A DNA stretch of 51,511 nucleotides from Brevundimonas sp. (GCA_046314055.1 JBKBXN010000001.1:1-51511); one strand, 5' to 3'; counted from the stretch's first letter, positions 10,307 through 20,178 are shown. The notes: generated from the sequence alone by a model not told the origin. Translations and numbers: made by a program.

Positions 10307-10879
10307 TTGGCATCGGGCGGAGTGGAATCTGAGCAGGCGCGGGTGCGGTGGCTGGCGCAGCAGGTGCTGCCTCATGAGCGGGATGTTCGCGTCTGGCTGA
10401 AGCGTTCGCTTGTGACATCCAACGACGTCGATGACGTCGTCCAGGAAGCCTATTGCCGACTGGCCAACCTGAAGGAGGTGGAGCGGATCGAAAGCCCGCG
10501 CGCCTATTTCTTCCAGACCGCGCGTTCGATCGTGCTGGAACAGATGCGTCGAGCTCGGATCGTCAGGATCGACGCCGTGACGGAACTGGACGCCCTGCGC
10601 ATCGAATGGGACGAGCCGTCGCCCGAACGTATCGCCGGGGGACGCAAGGAACTCGAACGCGTCATGAAGATCGTCGCCACCTTGCCCGAACGCAGCCGGC
10701 GCATCTTTGAGATGCGGCGGATACTGGGCCTTTCGCAGCGCGAGATCGCGGCCCGGCTGGGCGTGACCGAGAATGTGGTGGAGAACGAAGCCAGTCGGGG
10801 GCTTAAGGTCTTGCTCGCCGCCCTGGCTCAGGACGAAACCAAGGGGCGGGCAGACGCCGCCGAAGAGCGTCGCGCATGA
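10307..10879 (+). CDS. ECF sigma-70 factor (FecI-like)
   Basis: DVDDVVQEAY, PRAYFFQTAR, LPERSRRIF.MRR..GLSQREIA..LG; TTG start with purine-rich RBS; coupled to FecR. Confidence 0.88.
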   Translation: MASGGVESEQARVRWLAQQVLPHERDVRVWLKRSLVTSNDVDDVVQEAYCRLANLKEVERIESPRAYFFQTARSIVLEQMRRARIVRIDAVTELDALRIEWDEPSPERIAGGRKELERVMKIVATLPERSRRIFEMRRILGLSQREIAARLGVTENVVENEASRGLKVLLAALAQDETKGRADAAEERRA

Positions 10880-11820
10880 TCCGCGACACTCCGTCCGAAA
10901 TTGAAGAGATCGCAGCACGTTGGGCCGCTCGGCTGGACGCCGGGCCGATGACGGTCGGCGAGCAGGCCGCGCTCGACGACTGGCTGGACGACGATGTCCG
11001 GCGGCAGGGAGCCTTGTGGCGCGCGAGAGCGGCCTTGAGCCTGCTCGTGGCGCCGGTCGAAGCGTCACAAGCCCGAACGCCGCGCCCGCAACTGGACCGA
11101 CGCATCTTGTTGGGCGGTCTGGGGCTCGCGGCGGCCGGCGTCGCGGGGGTCGTCCTGACGCCCCTGTTGTCGCGTCAGTTGTACCGCACCCAGGTCGGGG
11201 AAATTCGCCGCGTCCCGCTGGACGACGGCTCCATGGCGGCGATCAATACGGATACGACCGTCGAAGTGAACTTCGAGACGTCGGTGCGCAGGGTGAAGCT
11301 GGATCGTGGAGAGGCCTGGTTCCAGGTGGCCAAGGATCGGGCCCGCCCGTTCATCGTCGCCGCGGGGCCCGTTCGTATTCAGGCGATCGGAACCGCCTTC
11401 GCCGTGCGGCGCAAGGCCGTGGGCGCCGAGGTCATGGTGACTGAAGGGGTGGTCGAGGTCTGGACCGGCAAATCGGGCGCAAGCGCCCGTCGCAGGGTCT
11501 CCGCCGGTGAACAGGTCTTCGTCAGCGACGACGGGGGAGCGTCCCGCCCGGTCAAGCGGCCGTTGGAAATGGATCGCGCCCTGTCGTGGCGCGAAGGCGG
11601 CATCGTGCTCGACGGCGACACCGTCGCTGCGGCGGTCGCCGAATTCAATCGCTACAACAGTCGCAAGATCGTGGTCGTCGATCCCGATCTGGAGCGGCGA
11701 ACCGTCATCGGTTGGTTCCGCACCAACGAGCCGGAAAGCTTCGCCGCCGCTGTCGCCGTGGCCCATGGCGTCCGCGTTCAAACCTCGGACGGCGTGATCA
11801 TGCTGGGAGGGCCGGACTGA
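10876..11820 (+). CDS. fecR: FecR family anti-sigma/transmembrane sensor
   Basis: AARWAAR..DUF4880-like N-terminus, TM segment, T.VGE.R.V.L.DGS...INT.T, GEAWFQVAKD..RPF.V, GTAF, SWREG, EFNRY. Confidence 0.9.
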   Translation: MIRDTPSEIEEIAARWAARLDAGPMTVGEQAALDDWLDDDVRRQGALWRARAALSLLVAPVEASQARTPRPQLDRRILLGGLGLAAAGVAGVVLTPLLSRQLYRTQVGEIRRVPLDDGSMAAINTDTTVEVNFETSVRRVKLDRGEAWFQVAKDRARPFIVAAGPVRIQAIGTAFAVRRKAVGAEVMVTEGVVEVWTGKSGASARRRVSAGEQVFVSDDGGASRPVKRPLEMDRALSWREGGIVLDGDTVAAAVAEFNRYNSRKIVVVDPDLERRTVIGWFRTNEPESFAAAVAVAHGVRVQTSDGVIMLGGPD

Positions 11821-11923
11821 TTATTTTCGCTCCGGCGACGGAAAGTCGGCGGTCGGACATCGAGTCTTCGGAACCCTCGTCAGAAGGGTCCGGGAACCAG
11901 GAAACAGAAGGGAGGGCCGCCGC

Positions 11924-14900
11924 ATGCCCATTTCGCGGTACGAAGGCGCCAAGGCGTCAATGATGATCGCCGTCAGCACGCTGGCTCTGGCCAGCGCCGG
12001 CGCCGTGCAGGCGCAAGCGCGACAGTTCAATATTCCGGCCCAGCCGGCGTCGACCGGCGTGCCCGCCTTCGCACGTCAGGCGGATCTGCAGATCCTGGCC
12101 TCGACGGACGCGGTCGCCGGCCAACGGACGGCCGCCGTCCAAGGCGCCTATTCGGTCGATCAGGGACTGGGCCGTCTGCTTCAGGGCAGCAATCTGGTGG
12201 TGGCGTCGAACGACGGACGAACGGCGGTTCTCGCCGCCGGCGCCGTCCGGCCCCAGAGCGCGGCCCAGGGAAGCGAGGTCGAAGACCAGACGGCCGAAGT
12301 TGAAACCATTGTGGTAACCGGTTTCCGCGCCTCGCTGAGCAGCGCCCTGAGCACCAAGCGCCGGGCAAACGGCGTCGTCGATGTGATCAAGGCCGAAGAC
12401 ATGGCCGACTTCCCCGACGCCAACCTGGCGGAATCGATCCAACGGATTCCCGGCGTCTCCATCGCCCGCGACGCCGGGGAAGGACGCCAGATCACGGTGC
12501 GGGGCCTGGGGCCTCAATTCACCCGTGTCCGCATCAACGGCGTCGAGGGGCAGAGCACGGCGTCGGGCACCGACAGCTCGGGCGGCGCCAACCGCAATCG
12601 CGCCTTTGACTTCAACGTCTTCGCCTCCGAGCTGTTCAACAGCATCACGGTGCGTAAGACCGCCTCCGCCGAGACCGAGGAGGGTTCGCTGGGCGCCACG
12701 GTCGATCTGCAGACCGGCCGCCCGTTCGACTATTCCGGCGCCAATCTCGTTCTGTCGGGCCAGTACGGTTACAATGATCTGTCGCGGAAGTGGGACCCGC
12801 GTTTCGCGGCCCTGGCCAGCAACACCTGGATGGACGGCCGGTTGGGCGCCCTGGTTTCCGTCGCCTACACCAAGCGCCAGCTGCTGGAAGAAGGCCACGG
12901 CTCCGGCGGCTGGCTGAACGGGACGGAGGCGGGTGGATATAATGTCGCGTCGCCGTTCGCAGAGGCGCGTGACGCCGATGTCTATTCGCCGCGCTTCCCG
13001 CGTTACGGCCGGCTGACGCATGATCAGGAACGTCTGGGTCTGACCGGATCGGTCCAGTTCCGTCCGCAGGAAGACACCCTGATCAACCTCGATCTGCTCT
13101 ATTCCGACTTCAAGGCGACCCGTCAGGAGAACTGGCTGGAGGCCCTTTCCTTCGCCCGCAACGCCTCGCAGGGCGGGCGTCCTGAAATCATCGTCCGCGA
13201 CGGCGTCGTCGATGCGAACGGCGACATGGTCTACGGCCTGTTCGACGACGTCGATGTGGAGACCGAGACCCGCTACGACGAGCTTGAGACCAAATATACT
13301 CAGGGCACGCTGAGCCTCGAACATGACTTCAGCGACCGGTTCCGGGTCAAGGCGCTGGTCGGCTATTCGAAGTCCGATTTCGACAATCCGATCCAGACCA
13401 CGGTCATCCTGAACCGGGAAAATTCCGACAACTATTCATACGACTATCGCGGCAACCGGAATGCGCCCCTGATCAGCTTCGGCTATGACGTCACCGATCC
13501 GCTGGCCTATAATTTCGGGGCGGCGCGGTCGGAAATCCGGCTGCGGCCGCAGGGGGTGACCAATACGATCAAGACGGCCCAGTTCGACGCCGGCTACGAT
13601 CTCACCTCGTCGCTGACGCTGAAGGGCGGGCTAAACTACAAGGAATACGAGTTCGATTCCTGGGCGCTGGCGCGAGTCAACGAAGGCGTTGTGCCGCAAC
13701 TGCCCGCCGGGGTGACCCTGGCCAGCCTGACCGAACTTGTCAGCGGCTTCGGTCGCAACCTGGACGCGCCGGCCGGGTCCATCACTAGCTGGATCGCACC
13801 GAATCTCAGCGCCTTCGCCGACCTCTTCGACATCTACAGCGGCACGGGTCTGTTCGAACTCAGCGGCGCGTCGAACGGCAATGCGCGCGGCAATATCCGC
13901 AGCGTCACCGAAAAGGACTCAGCCGCCTATCTGCAGCTGGACTTCAATACCGAGATCGGCGGCATGCCGATCCGGGGCGACGTCGGCGTCCGCTATGTAA
14001 AGACCGAACAGAGCTCGACCGGCTATCAGCTGGTCGCGGGCGCGGCACAGCAGACCACCGTTGATCGTGATTATGACGACGTCCTGCCGGCCCTGAACAT
14101 CACGGCGGAGGTCACGCCAGACTTCCTGGTGCGTTTCGGCGCGGCCAAGGTGATGACCCGGCCCAATCTGGGCAGCGTCACGCCCGGCGGCAGCCTGAGC
14201 ACGGTAGGCGTGTTCAGCGTCAGTTCCGGCAACCCGTATCTGGATCCCATCCGTGCGACGACCTACGACCTGTCGGCCGAATGGTATTTCGCGCCCGAAG
14301 CCCTGCTGTCGGTCGGTCTCTTCTACAAGGACATCGACAGCTATATTCAGACGTCGCGCATCTCCCAGCCCTTCAACCAATCGGGCCTGCCTCTGGACCT
14401 GCTGGATGGACTGGGGGTTTCGCCCACCGACGTCTTCCTGTTCAGCCAGCCGGTGAACACCGAAGGCGGTCCGCTGAAGGGCGTCGAAATCAGCTACCAG
14501 CAGCCGTTCAGCTTCCTGCCCGGGCCGTTCGACAATCTGGGCGCCATCTTCAACCTCACCCTGGTGGATTCGGAGATCAGCTACATCTCGTCCCGCTCGG
14601 CCACCGGCTTCGTCGACAACGACCTGATCGGACTGTCGAAGACCGCCTATAACGCCACCCTCTATTATGAGGACGACCGGTTCAGCGCCCGTGTCTCGGC
14701 CGCCTATCGCGACCGCTATCTGACGGCGGTGCCCAGCGGCACCAGCACCAATGACGTCGACGGGGTGCGTGAGATCGTGACGGTGGACGCCTCGGCCTCC
14801 TATGCCTTGAACGATCGCGTCAAGGTGACGTTCGAGGGGCTGAACCTGACCGACGCCTTCAACGAGCAATATACCGACAGCACGCGCGACAGCATCTACG

Positions 14901-14953
14901 TCTATTCGCACACCGGACGGCAGTACAACGTCGGCGTCCGCTACACCTTCTAG
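11924..14953 (+). CDS. TonB-dependent receptor with N-terminal STN signalling domain
   Basis: Signal peptide, FNIPAQP..FARQA STN domain, TonB box ETIVVTG, plug FPDANLAESIQRIPGVSI.RDAGEG..ITVRG, C-terminal YTF. Confidence 0.93.
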   Translation: MPISRYEGAKASMMIAVSTLALASAGAVQAQARQFNIPAQPASTGVPAFARQADLQILASTDAVAGQRTAAVQGAYSVDQGLGRLLQGSNLVVASNDGRTAVLAAGAVRPQSAAQGSEVEDQTAEVETIVVTGFRASLSSALSTKRRANGVVDVIKAEDMADFPDANLAESIQRIPGVSIARDAGEGRQITVRGLGPQFTRVRINGVEGQSTASGTDSSGGANRNRAFDFNVFASELFNSITVRKTASAETEEGSLGATVDLQTGRPFDYSGANLVLSGQYGYNDLSRKWDPRFAALASNTWMDGRLGALVSVAYTKRQLLEEGHGSGGWLNGTEAGGYNVASPFAEARDADVYSPRFPRYGRLTHDQERLGLTGSVQFRPQEDTLINLDLLYSDFKATRQENWLEALSFARNASQGGRPEIIVRDGVVDANGDMVYGLFDDVDVETETRYDELETKYTQGTLSLEHDFSDRFRVKALVGYSKSDFDNPIQTTVILNRENSDNYSYDYRGNRNAPLISFGYDVTDPLAYNFGAARSEIRLRPQGVTNTIKTAQFDAGYDLTSSLTLKGGLNYKEYEFDSWALARVNEGVVPQLPAGVTLASLTELVSGFGRNLDAPAGSITSWIAPNLSAFADLFDIYSGTGLFELSGASNGNARGNIRSVTEKDSAAYLQLDFNTEIGGMPIRGDVGVRYVKTEQSSTGYQLVAGAAQQTTVDRDYDDVLPALNITAEVTPDFLVRFGAAKVMTRPNLGSVTPGGSLSTVGVFSVSSGNPYLDPIRATTYDLSAEWYFAPEALLSVGLFYKDIDSYIQTSRISQPFNQSGLPLDLLDGLGVSPTDVFLFSQPVNTEGGPLKGVEISYQQPFSFLPGPFDNLGAIFNLTLVDSEISYISSRSATGFVDNDLIGLSKTAYNATLYYEDDRFSARVSAAYRDRYLTAVPSGTSTNDVDGVREIVTVDASASYALNDRVKVTFEGLNLTDAFNEQYTDSTRDSIYVYSHTGRQYNVGVRYTF

Positions 14954-14976
14954 GAATCCTCTCCCTCCAGAGGATT

Positions 14977-15011
14977 GGCGTCGGCCGGTTTACCGGTCGG
15001 CGCCTTCTTTT
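14977..15011 (+). terminator. Hairpin/terminator between receptor and pectinesterase genes
   Basis: GGCGTCGGCCGGT-TT-ACCGGTCGGCGCC stem (with G:U pairs) then TTCTTTT; a second hairpin AATCCTCT/AGAGGATT at 14955-14976. Confidence 0.65.
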
Positions 15012-15026
15012 CCATTCGGAGCCTCC

Positions 15027-16145
15027 ATGACCCTGTCCTTCTCGCGTCGCCAGGCCCTGACGGCGGCGGCGGCCCTGCCCATGGCGCTCTCGACAAGGGC
15101 CTGGGCCGCGCCCAGCGGCTATGACGCCGTGGTCAGAAAGAATGAGACGAACCTGGCGCCCGGCGTCCCCGCCTATCCCAGCCTATCGGCTGCCGTCGCC
15201 GCCGCCCCCATCGACGGGCGCAAACCTTTCCGGATCCTGATCGGTCGGGGGATATGGGATCAGCAGGTCGTCATCGACAAACCCTTCGTCCATCTGATCG
15301 GCGAGGATCGGGCGGGGTCGGTGATCAACCATCTGGCCGCGTCAGGGCTGGCGGCGCCGGACGGCCGGATGTGGGGCACCTTCCGGACCCCGACCCTGTT
15401 CGTCCGCGCTCCGGATTTCCGGGCCGAACGGCTGACGATCAACAACGCCTTCGACGGTCTGGCCGAGATGACCAAGCCGAACGGCCTTCATTCTCACAAT
15501 GGCGCAGGCCCCCAGGCCGTGGCTCTGATGATGGACAAGGGATCCGACCGGGCGGCCGTGGTCGATTGCGACATCCTCAGCTACCAGGACACGCTGTTCC
15601 CCGATGCCGGCGCGACCCTGTTCGAACGTTGCCTGATCGCCGGCAGCTATGACTTCATCTTCGGCGGCGGGCGCGCCTGGTTCGAACGGTGCGAGATCCG
15701 GTCCAGGCTTCGGCCGGCCGATCCGGTCGAAGGCTATATCACCGCCCCCAGCACGCCGATCGACCAGGCCTTCGGCTTTGTTTTTCATGAGTGTCGCCTG
15801 ACCAAGGATCGGGGCGTCGCCCCCCAGTCGGTCTTCCTGGGGCGTCCGTGGCGGCCGTCGAGCGCCTTTCCCGACGGTCGCTACGGCGATCCGCGTTTCG
15901 TCGGGGCGGCCGCCTTCCTGGACTGCTGGATGGACGACCATATCGCCCCGGCCGGCTGGACCGAGATGTGGTACACGGGCCGCGACGGCAATCCGCGCAC
16001 CATGCTTCAGCCTGAAGAGGTTCGGTTCGCCACGTTCGGCTCCCGCGGTCCCGGTCGAGCAAGCTTCCCGCGCGGCGCGCGCCTGACGGCTAGTCAGGCG
16101 CAGCGCGTCAGGCGGGACGCCGTCCTTACCCCCCATGGCGGCTAG
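15027..16145 (+). CDS. Pectin methylesterase (CE8), Tat-exported
   Basis: SRRQAL twin-arginine signal; QAVAL, YQDTL, DFIFG, LGRPW and GW.EM pectinesterase motifs. Confidence 0.9.
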   Translation: MTLSFSRRQALTAAAALPMALSTRAWAAPSGYDAVVRKNETNLAPGVPAYPSLSAAVAAAPIDGRKPFRILIGRGIWDQQVVIDKPFVHLIGEDRAGSVINHLAASGLAAPDGRMWGTFRTPTLFVRAPDFRAERLTINNAFDGLAEMTKPNGLHSHNGAGPQAVALMMDKGSDRAAVVDCDILSYQDTLFPDAGATLFERCLIAGSYDFIFGGGRAWFERCEIRSRLRPADPVEGYITAPSTPIDQAFGFVFHECRLTKDRGVAPQSVFLGRPWRPSSAFPDGRYGDPRFVGAAAFLDCWMDDHIAPAGWTEMWYTGRDGNPRTMLQPEEVRFATFGSRGPGRASFPRGARLTASQAQRVRRDAVLTPHGG

Positions 16146-16194
16146 CCGATCTGTGGGCAGAATGCCGACTCCGCAGCCCATCCGACGGTCGCTG

Positions 16195-16232
16195 AATAGT
16201 TCTCAGGATCGACCACGGCGGCGCGCCTACGC
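16195..16232 (+). repeat. att-like arm copy D
   Basis: AATAGTTCTC-N8-CCACGGCGGCGCGCC, a direct repeat of 20313-20345 with identical spacing. Confidence 0.75.
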
Positions 16233-16398
16233 CAGAATCCGCCAAGACACTCTAGGGCGCGATTCCGCCGCCGACTTCGGGGCCTGAAACCGGACAGTCA
16301 GCCGGGCTGGAAATGGCGGAATTCAGCGTTTGGATTTCCCGCGAAAAGCGGACGTTAGGCGGCGATCGCGGGCCATCGAGAGGTCAATGCGAACGATA

Positions 16399-16438
16399 GC
16401 GTAGGCGCCGCCGCTCTGGATGAAACCGAGAACTATTT
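16399..16438 (-). repeat. att-like arm copy B
   Basis: Reverse complement AAATAGTTCTCGGTTTCATCCA matches 20312-20333 at 21/22; ends in GCGCCTACGC like copy D. Confidence 0.78.
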
Positions 16439-16501
16439 TGCGAGCGTCGCGCTGGCTATCGGTTGGACAAAAGTCGACGCGCAAAGCCCAAGCAGTCGAT
16501 C

Positions 16502-17815
16502 TTAGGGCCGCCGCCCAATGGTCCAGTCGCCACCGCGCCGCCCCGGAGTCAGCTCCCAACCGGCCCTAAGCGTCAGCGTCCAACCCCTGCCTTTAAGGCC
16601 GTCTTCTGTGCGAACCGCGCCGGTGTGTTCGACGGACAGTCTCGACCAGTCGGTTGAAAGCAGCGCCGCGTCGTCGACCTCCAGGACACCCCAGTCCGCC
16701 GCTGCGCGAATGACGCCATACACGGTTCCCTCCGGCGGCAACGGCGTCACCTGGTTGGGATCGAAACTGAAATTCGCGCCCGACACAGGCGCAATCAGCA
16801 CCGATCCTTCCACCAGAGCGGCCCTCAGAGTTGCGATCCGAACCGACTGCTCAAGCGCCCGTGCGGCTTCCTCAGCCTGGATGGCGCCCGCCCCATAACG
16901 TAGACCGCTTGCGGCGAACGCCTCATCGTCGGACGGGACCTCCAAGCCCAAGGTCGTCGCCAATCGCGAGGGCAGCCCCTCGTGTCGGTCCCATGTCTTC
17001 TTCCAATCGGGCGCGACCCCATCGAGCAATACGCCATAGGCCGGGCCCGTATAATAGGCGAAAGATCGTGCGTACTCTCGAACCTTGTCGCCACGGCCGA
17101 GGTGTTCCGCCAAATGTTGGATCATCTCATCGTCGCGCGACAGAATTCGTCCGGAGTATTCGGCGAGCCCCTCGTGCCGCTCCATGGCGTCCTCCGCCGC
17201 CTGCGCCTCGGGGAACCGGGCGTAGCGCCAGGCGCGGAAGGTCAGGGCATCGCGGATGGCGAGGTTTCTCTGAGTCGAATCCGTCGCAGCGACGGCCGTG
17301 GCCAGGGCCCGCAGTTCAAGGCGCAAGGACACACGCCCGGCTTCGGTCGCGAGCTGGGGCTGGTCAGCGTTGATCGCCCCTAGACCGATCTGATCCTGAA
17401 CGCGATGCCAGGCCTCGTGCATCAGAAGGATGGAAAGCGCCGGCTCCTCCTTCGGCAAGGGCGAGAGCAGCATGGTCCAGATGCGACCGTTCCAACGCAC
17501 GGCGGTATTGGCGATGGGCACGCTATCGGGAAGGCGTCCTTTGAAGACCTCGCCGTCCCTTTCAAGCGGCGCGTCCAAGCCGTCCATATTGGAGATGAAC
17601 GCTCGCGTCGCCGGGTCGGCGACGAGCATCGGACCACACAGGCTGACACCCCATGCCCGTCCTTGGTCTGCTTCGCATAGAGACCGGGCGTGTTCGAAAG
17701 CCGACGCGGCCGGCATAGGATCCAGCCGCGACTGTGCGGCTGCGCCGGTCGCCGAAAGCAGCAACACGGAGGCTGCAGCGCAGCGGGCGTGGCGGCGGAT
17801 GAAGCGGGACTTCAT
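16502..17815 (-). CDS. Secreted hypothetical protein, putative gluzincin-like metallopeptidase
   Basis: Signal peptide; HEAWH (HExxH) with downstream EGLAEY; GAGGAG RBS. Confidence 0.7.
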   Translation of the reverse strand: MKSRFIRRHARCAAASVLLLSATGAAAQSRLDPMPAASAFEHARSLCEADQGRAWGVSLCGPMLVADPATRAFISNMDGLDAPLERDGEVFKGRLPDSVPIANTAVRWNGRIWTMLLSPLPKEEPALSILLMHEAWHRVQDQIGLGAINADQPQLATEAGRVSLRLELRALATAVAATDSTQRNLAIRDALTFRAWRYARFPEAQAAEDAMERHEGLAEYSGRILSRDDEMIQHLAEHLGRGDKVREYARSFAYYTGPAYGVLLDGVAPDWKKTWDRHEGLPSRLATTLGLEVPSDDEAFAASGLRYGAGAIQAEEAARALEQSVRIATLRAALVEGSVLIAPVSGANFSFDPNQVTPLPPEGTVYGVIRAAADWGVLEVDDAALLSTDWSRLSVEHTGAVRTEDGLKGRGWTLTLRAGWELTPGRRGGDWTIGRRP

Positions 17816-18074
17816 GCGGCTCTCCTCAAGGATCTTTTTCAGCCCTCCCCGAGGGCGCTCGGATCAGTATGGTGGAGCTTGTCGCGGCGATATTGGGGCA
17901 GGATGAAGTGCGGAATTCGACACCCACACAATCTGCGTGCGCCTCGTGTCGATCCTCGGACATCGCGGGGTAGCCGCCTGGCCCCTGCCGCGAATGCCCC
18001 CTCCTCTGCGCACTCCTTCCCAAGGACCTCGCAGGTCGCCGGCAGCGTAACAAGATCGGAAGCCCGAGGCCGGA

Positions 18075-18113
18075 TTGACAACTGCTGCACAGCACGACAC
18101 CTTGCATTGCAAG
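18075..18113 (+). promoter_or_regulatory. Sigma70-type promoter with overlapping palindromic operator for padR
   Basis: TTGACA (18075-18080), 17-bp spacer, CACCTT; perfect inverted repeat CTTGCA-T-TGCAAG (18101-18113) abutting the ATG. Confidence 0.6.
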
Positions 18114-18482
18114 ATGTCATCACATTCAAAACTACCCGGGCCTGACGCCTCTCGAAACTCCCAGTTCCTGAAGGGGCTGGTCGAACTGGCGACGCTGAGT
18201 CTCTTACAGGAGGCCCCCCAGTACGGCCTCGGCATTCTGGACGCGTTGCGGGACCGGTGCGGACTCGCGGTTGCGGAAGGCAGCATCTACCCCATGCTGC
18301 ACCGGCTGGAGCGGAACGGACTCATCGCGTCCGAATGGCAGATCGACGCGACCGGCGGCCGGCCACGGCGATACTATCTTCTCACCGCCCAGGGGCAGGT
18401 CGACCTGAGCACAACGCTCGCGGAGTGGTCCAAGGTGAGCGCCTCGCTCAATCTTTTCCTCAACAGGAGTCTGTCCAAGTGA
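18114..18482 (+). CDS. PadR family transcriptional regulator
   Basis: SQFLKG.VELA.L.LL...PQYG, EGSIYPMLHRLE..G.I, GRPRRYY.LT..G. Confidence 0.9.
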   Translation: MSSHSKLPGPDASRNSQFLKGLVELATLSLLQEAPQYGLGILDALRDRCGLAVAEGSIYPMLHRLERNGLIASEWQIDATGGRPRRYYLLTAQGQVDLSTTLAEWSKVSASLNLFLNRSLSK

Positions 18483-19057
18483 CGGCTGAATCCGATTTGA
18501 CCCGCCGCAACTGGATCCGGCGGCTGGGCTGGTCGCTGGGCGCACTGCCTCCGGTCGATCGATCCGAGATCCTCGCCGAGTATGACACCCACATCGACCA
18601 CAGGCTCGCCGAAGGCATGAGCCTCGAAGCGGCCTTGGCGAGCCTCGGGGCGCCGGAGGCGATCGGGCGCCAGTTCGAGGATGATCATATCCTCGCCCGT
18701 GCGGTGTCGTCCGGGGGCTTCGCTCCCACGATGCGGGTCGCCGCGCGCTGGTTGAACCGGAGTGCGGCGGCGGTGGCGGCGCTCTTCGGCATCGGCCTTC
18801 TTGGAACCTTTGCAGGCGGGGTCCTCATAACCGCGTTCATGAAGTTCGCGGATCCGGCCAACTGGGGACTGTGGTCCGCACCAGGCCTGCTTCTTTTTGG
18901 CCGCGCCGATGACCCTGCAGCCAAGGAAATCCTCGGCGCCTGGATTTATCCGGCAGCCCTCCTGATCACGCTGACTTGCTGGAGCCTCGCCCGGGCCATT
19001 CTGGTCTGGGCGACCGCCCGGATCGCCGGCCATGCCCAAGTGGAAACTCACCAATGA
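18479..19057 (+). CDS. DUF1700/HAAS domain membrane protein
   Basis: LP..DR.EIL.EY..HI......G.S.....ASLG.PE.I N-terminus plus TM helices; GTGA overlap with padR. Confidence 0.8.
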   Translation: MTAESDLTRRNWIRRLGWSLGALPPVDRSEILAEYDTHIDHRLAEGMSLEAALASLGAPEAIGRQFEDDHILARAVSSGGFAPTMRVAARWLNRSAAAVAALFGIGLLGTFAGGVLITAFMKFADPANWGLWSAPGLLLFGRADDPAAKEILGAWIYPAALLITLTCWSLARAILVWATARIAGHAQVETHQ

Positions 19058-20178
19058 AAATACCTTTGACCGCGATCTGGTCGCTGACCCTGACGGCCGT
19101 ACTGTCGTCGACACCCCTTCACGCCAGTGCCCAGACGCCGCAAGAGCCTGCGGCGGCGAGCCGTCCACAGCAGCCGATCGCGCCCTTCCCTTATCAGTCT
19201 TCCGATGTGCATTTCGCCGGTGGTCAGACGGGCGTGAACCTGGCCGGCGTCCTGACCCTTCCGGTCACCGATGAACCGGTTCCCGCCGTGATCCTCCTTG
19301 CAGGATCCGGGCGCACGGATCGCGACGAGACGTTTCTGGACCACAAGCCAATGCTGGTCTGGTCCGACGCCCTGACGCGGGCCGGCTTCGCTGTCCTGAG
19401 ATACGACAAGAGAGGCGTTGGCGAGTCGACGGGTGATTTCCGATCGGCGTCGCCCCTCGATTTCAAGGCCGACGCCCAGGCCGCCCTCGCCTTCCTGGCC
19501 GGCCGACCGGAGATCGACGGCCGACGGATCGCGGTGGTCGGTCATAGCGAAGGCGGAACCGTCGCCGCCCTTATGGCGGCCGACCCCCAGGCGCCAGCGG
19601 CGGTGGTCTCGCTGGCGGGCATGATCGCCCCTTTCGACGAGCAGATTGTCGTTCAGGAGCTCGTAACGGCTCGGGATGTCGGTGCGGACGCCGACTACGA
19701 TACGGCGCTTCGTCAGGCCTACCAGAAGGTGTTCCAGGCGCTCTCGCTTGGCGGCGACGCCGAACGGCTCGAGGCCATGCAGCGAATTTCGACCGATTGG
19801 CTCGCCATCTTCAAGTCCGGTCCCAATGCGACAGCAGCACAGGATTCACTGCTCGCTCACCCTGGCCTCATCGCTTCCCGGTGGTTCCGCACCTTCGTCG
19901 GCCTCCGGGTGGAAGAAGCACTCGCGTCAAGCGCAGGTCCGGTGCTGCTCGTCAACGGCTCTACCGACCAGCAAGTCGACGCCAGCGCCAATCTCGCCGC
20001 GGCCCGCGAGGCGCTCGGTCGAGAGACGCAGATGCGGCGAACGGTCATTCTGCCGGGTCTCAATCACCTTTTTCAGGAGAGTGCGTCCGGATCGACCGGC
20101 GACTACGGCTCGATTAGCCAAACCGTGTCTCCGTCCGTCATCCGCGAAGTGATCGGCTTCCTGGCTGACGCCATGTGA
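19054..20178 (+). CDS. Secreted alpha/beta hydrolase (S9/S15-like)
   Basis: Signal peptide, RPQ.P..PFPY, GSG..DRDE, LRYDKRGVGES.G, nucleophile GHSEG, GLNHLFQ; ATGA overlap. Confidence 0.85.
   Translation: MKIPLTAIWSLTLTAVLSSTPLHASAQTPQEPAAASRPQQPIAPFPYQSSDVHFAGGQTGVNLAGVLTLPVTDEPVPAVILLAGSGRTDRDETFLDHKPMLVWSDALTRAGFAVLRYDKRGVGESTGDFRSASPLDFKADAQAALAFLAGRPEIDGRRIAVVGHSEGGTVAALMAADPQAPAAVVSLAGMIAPFDEQIVVQELVTARDVGADADYDTALRQAYQKVFQALSLGGDAERLEAMQRISTDWLAIFKSGPNATAAQDSLLAHPGLIASRWFRTFVGLRVEEALASSAGPVLLVNGSTDQQVDASANLAAAREALGRETQMRRTVILPGLNHLFQESASGSTGDYGSISQTVSPSVIREVIGFLADAM

Noticed and set aside
16323-16559. 78-aa ORF sharing IVLGFI with the 89-aa ORF at 20266-20535
   Set aside because: The shared peptide is just the translated DNA repeat (att-like arm), not evidence of paralogous proteins.
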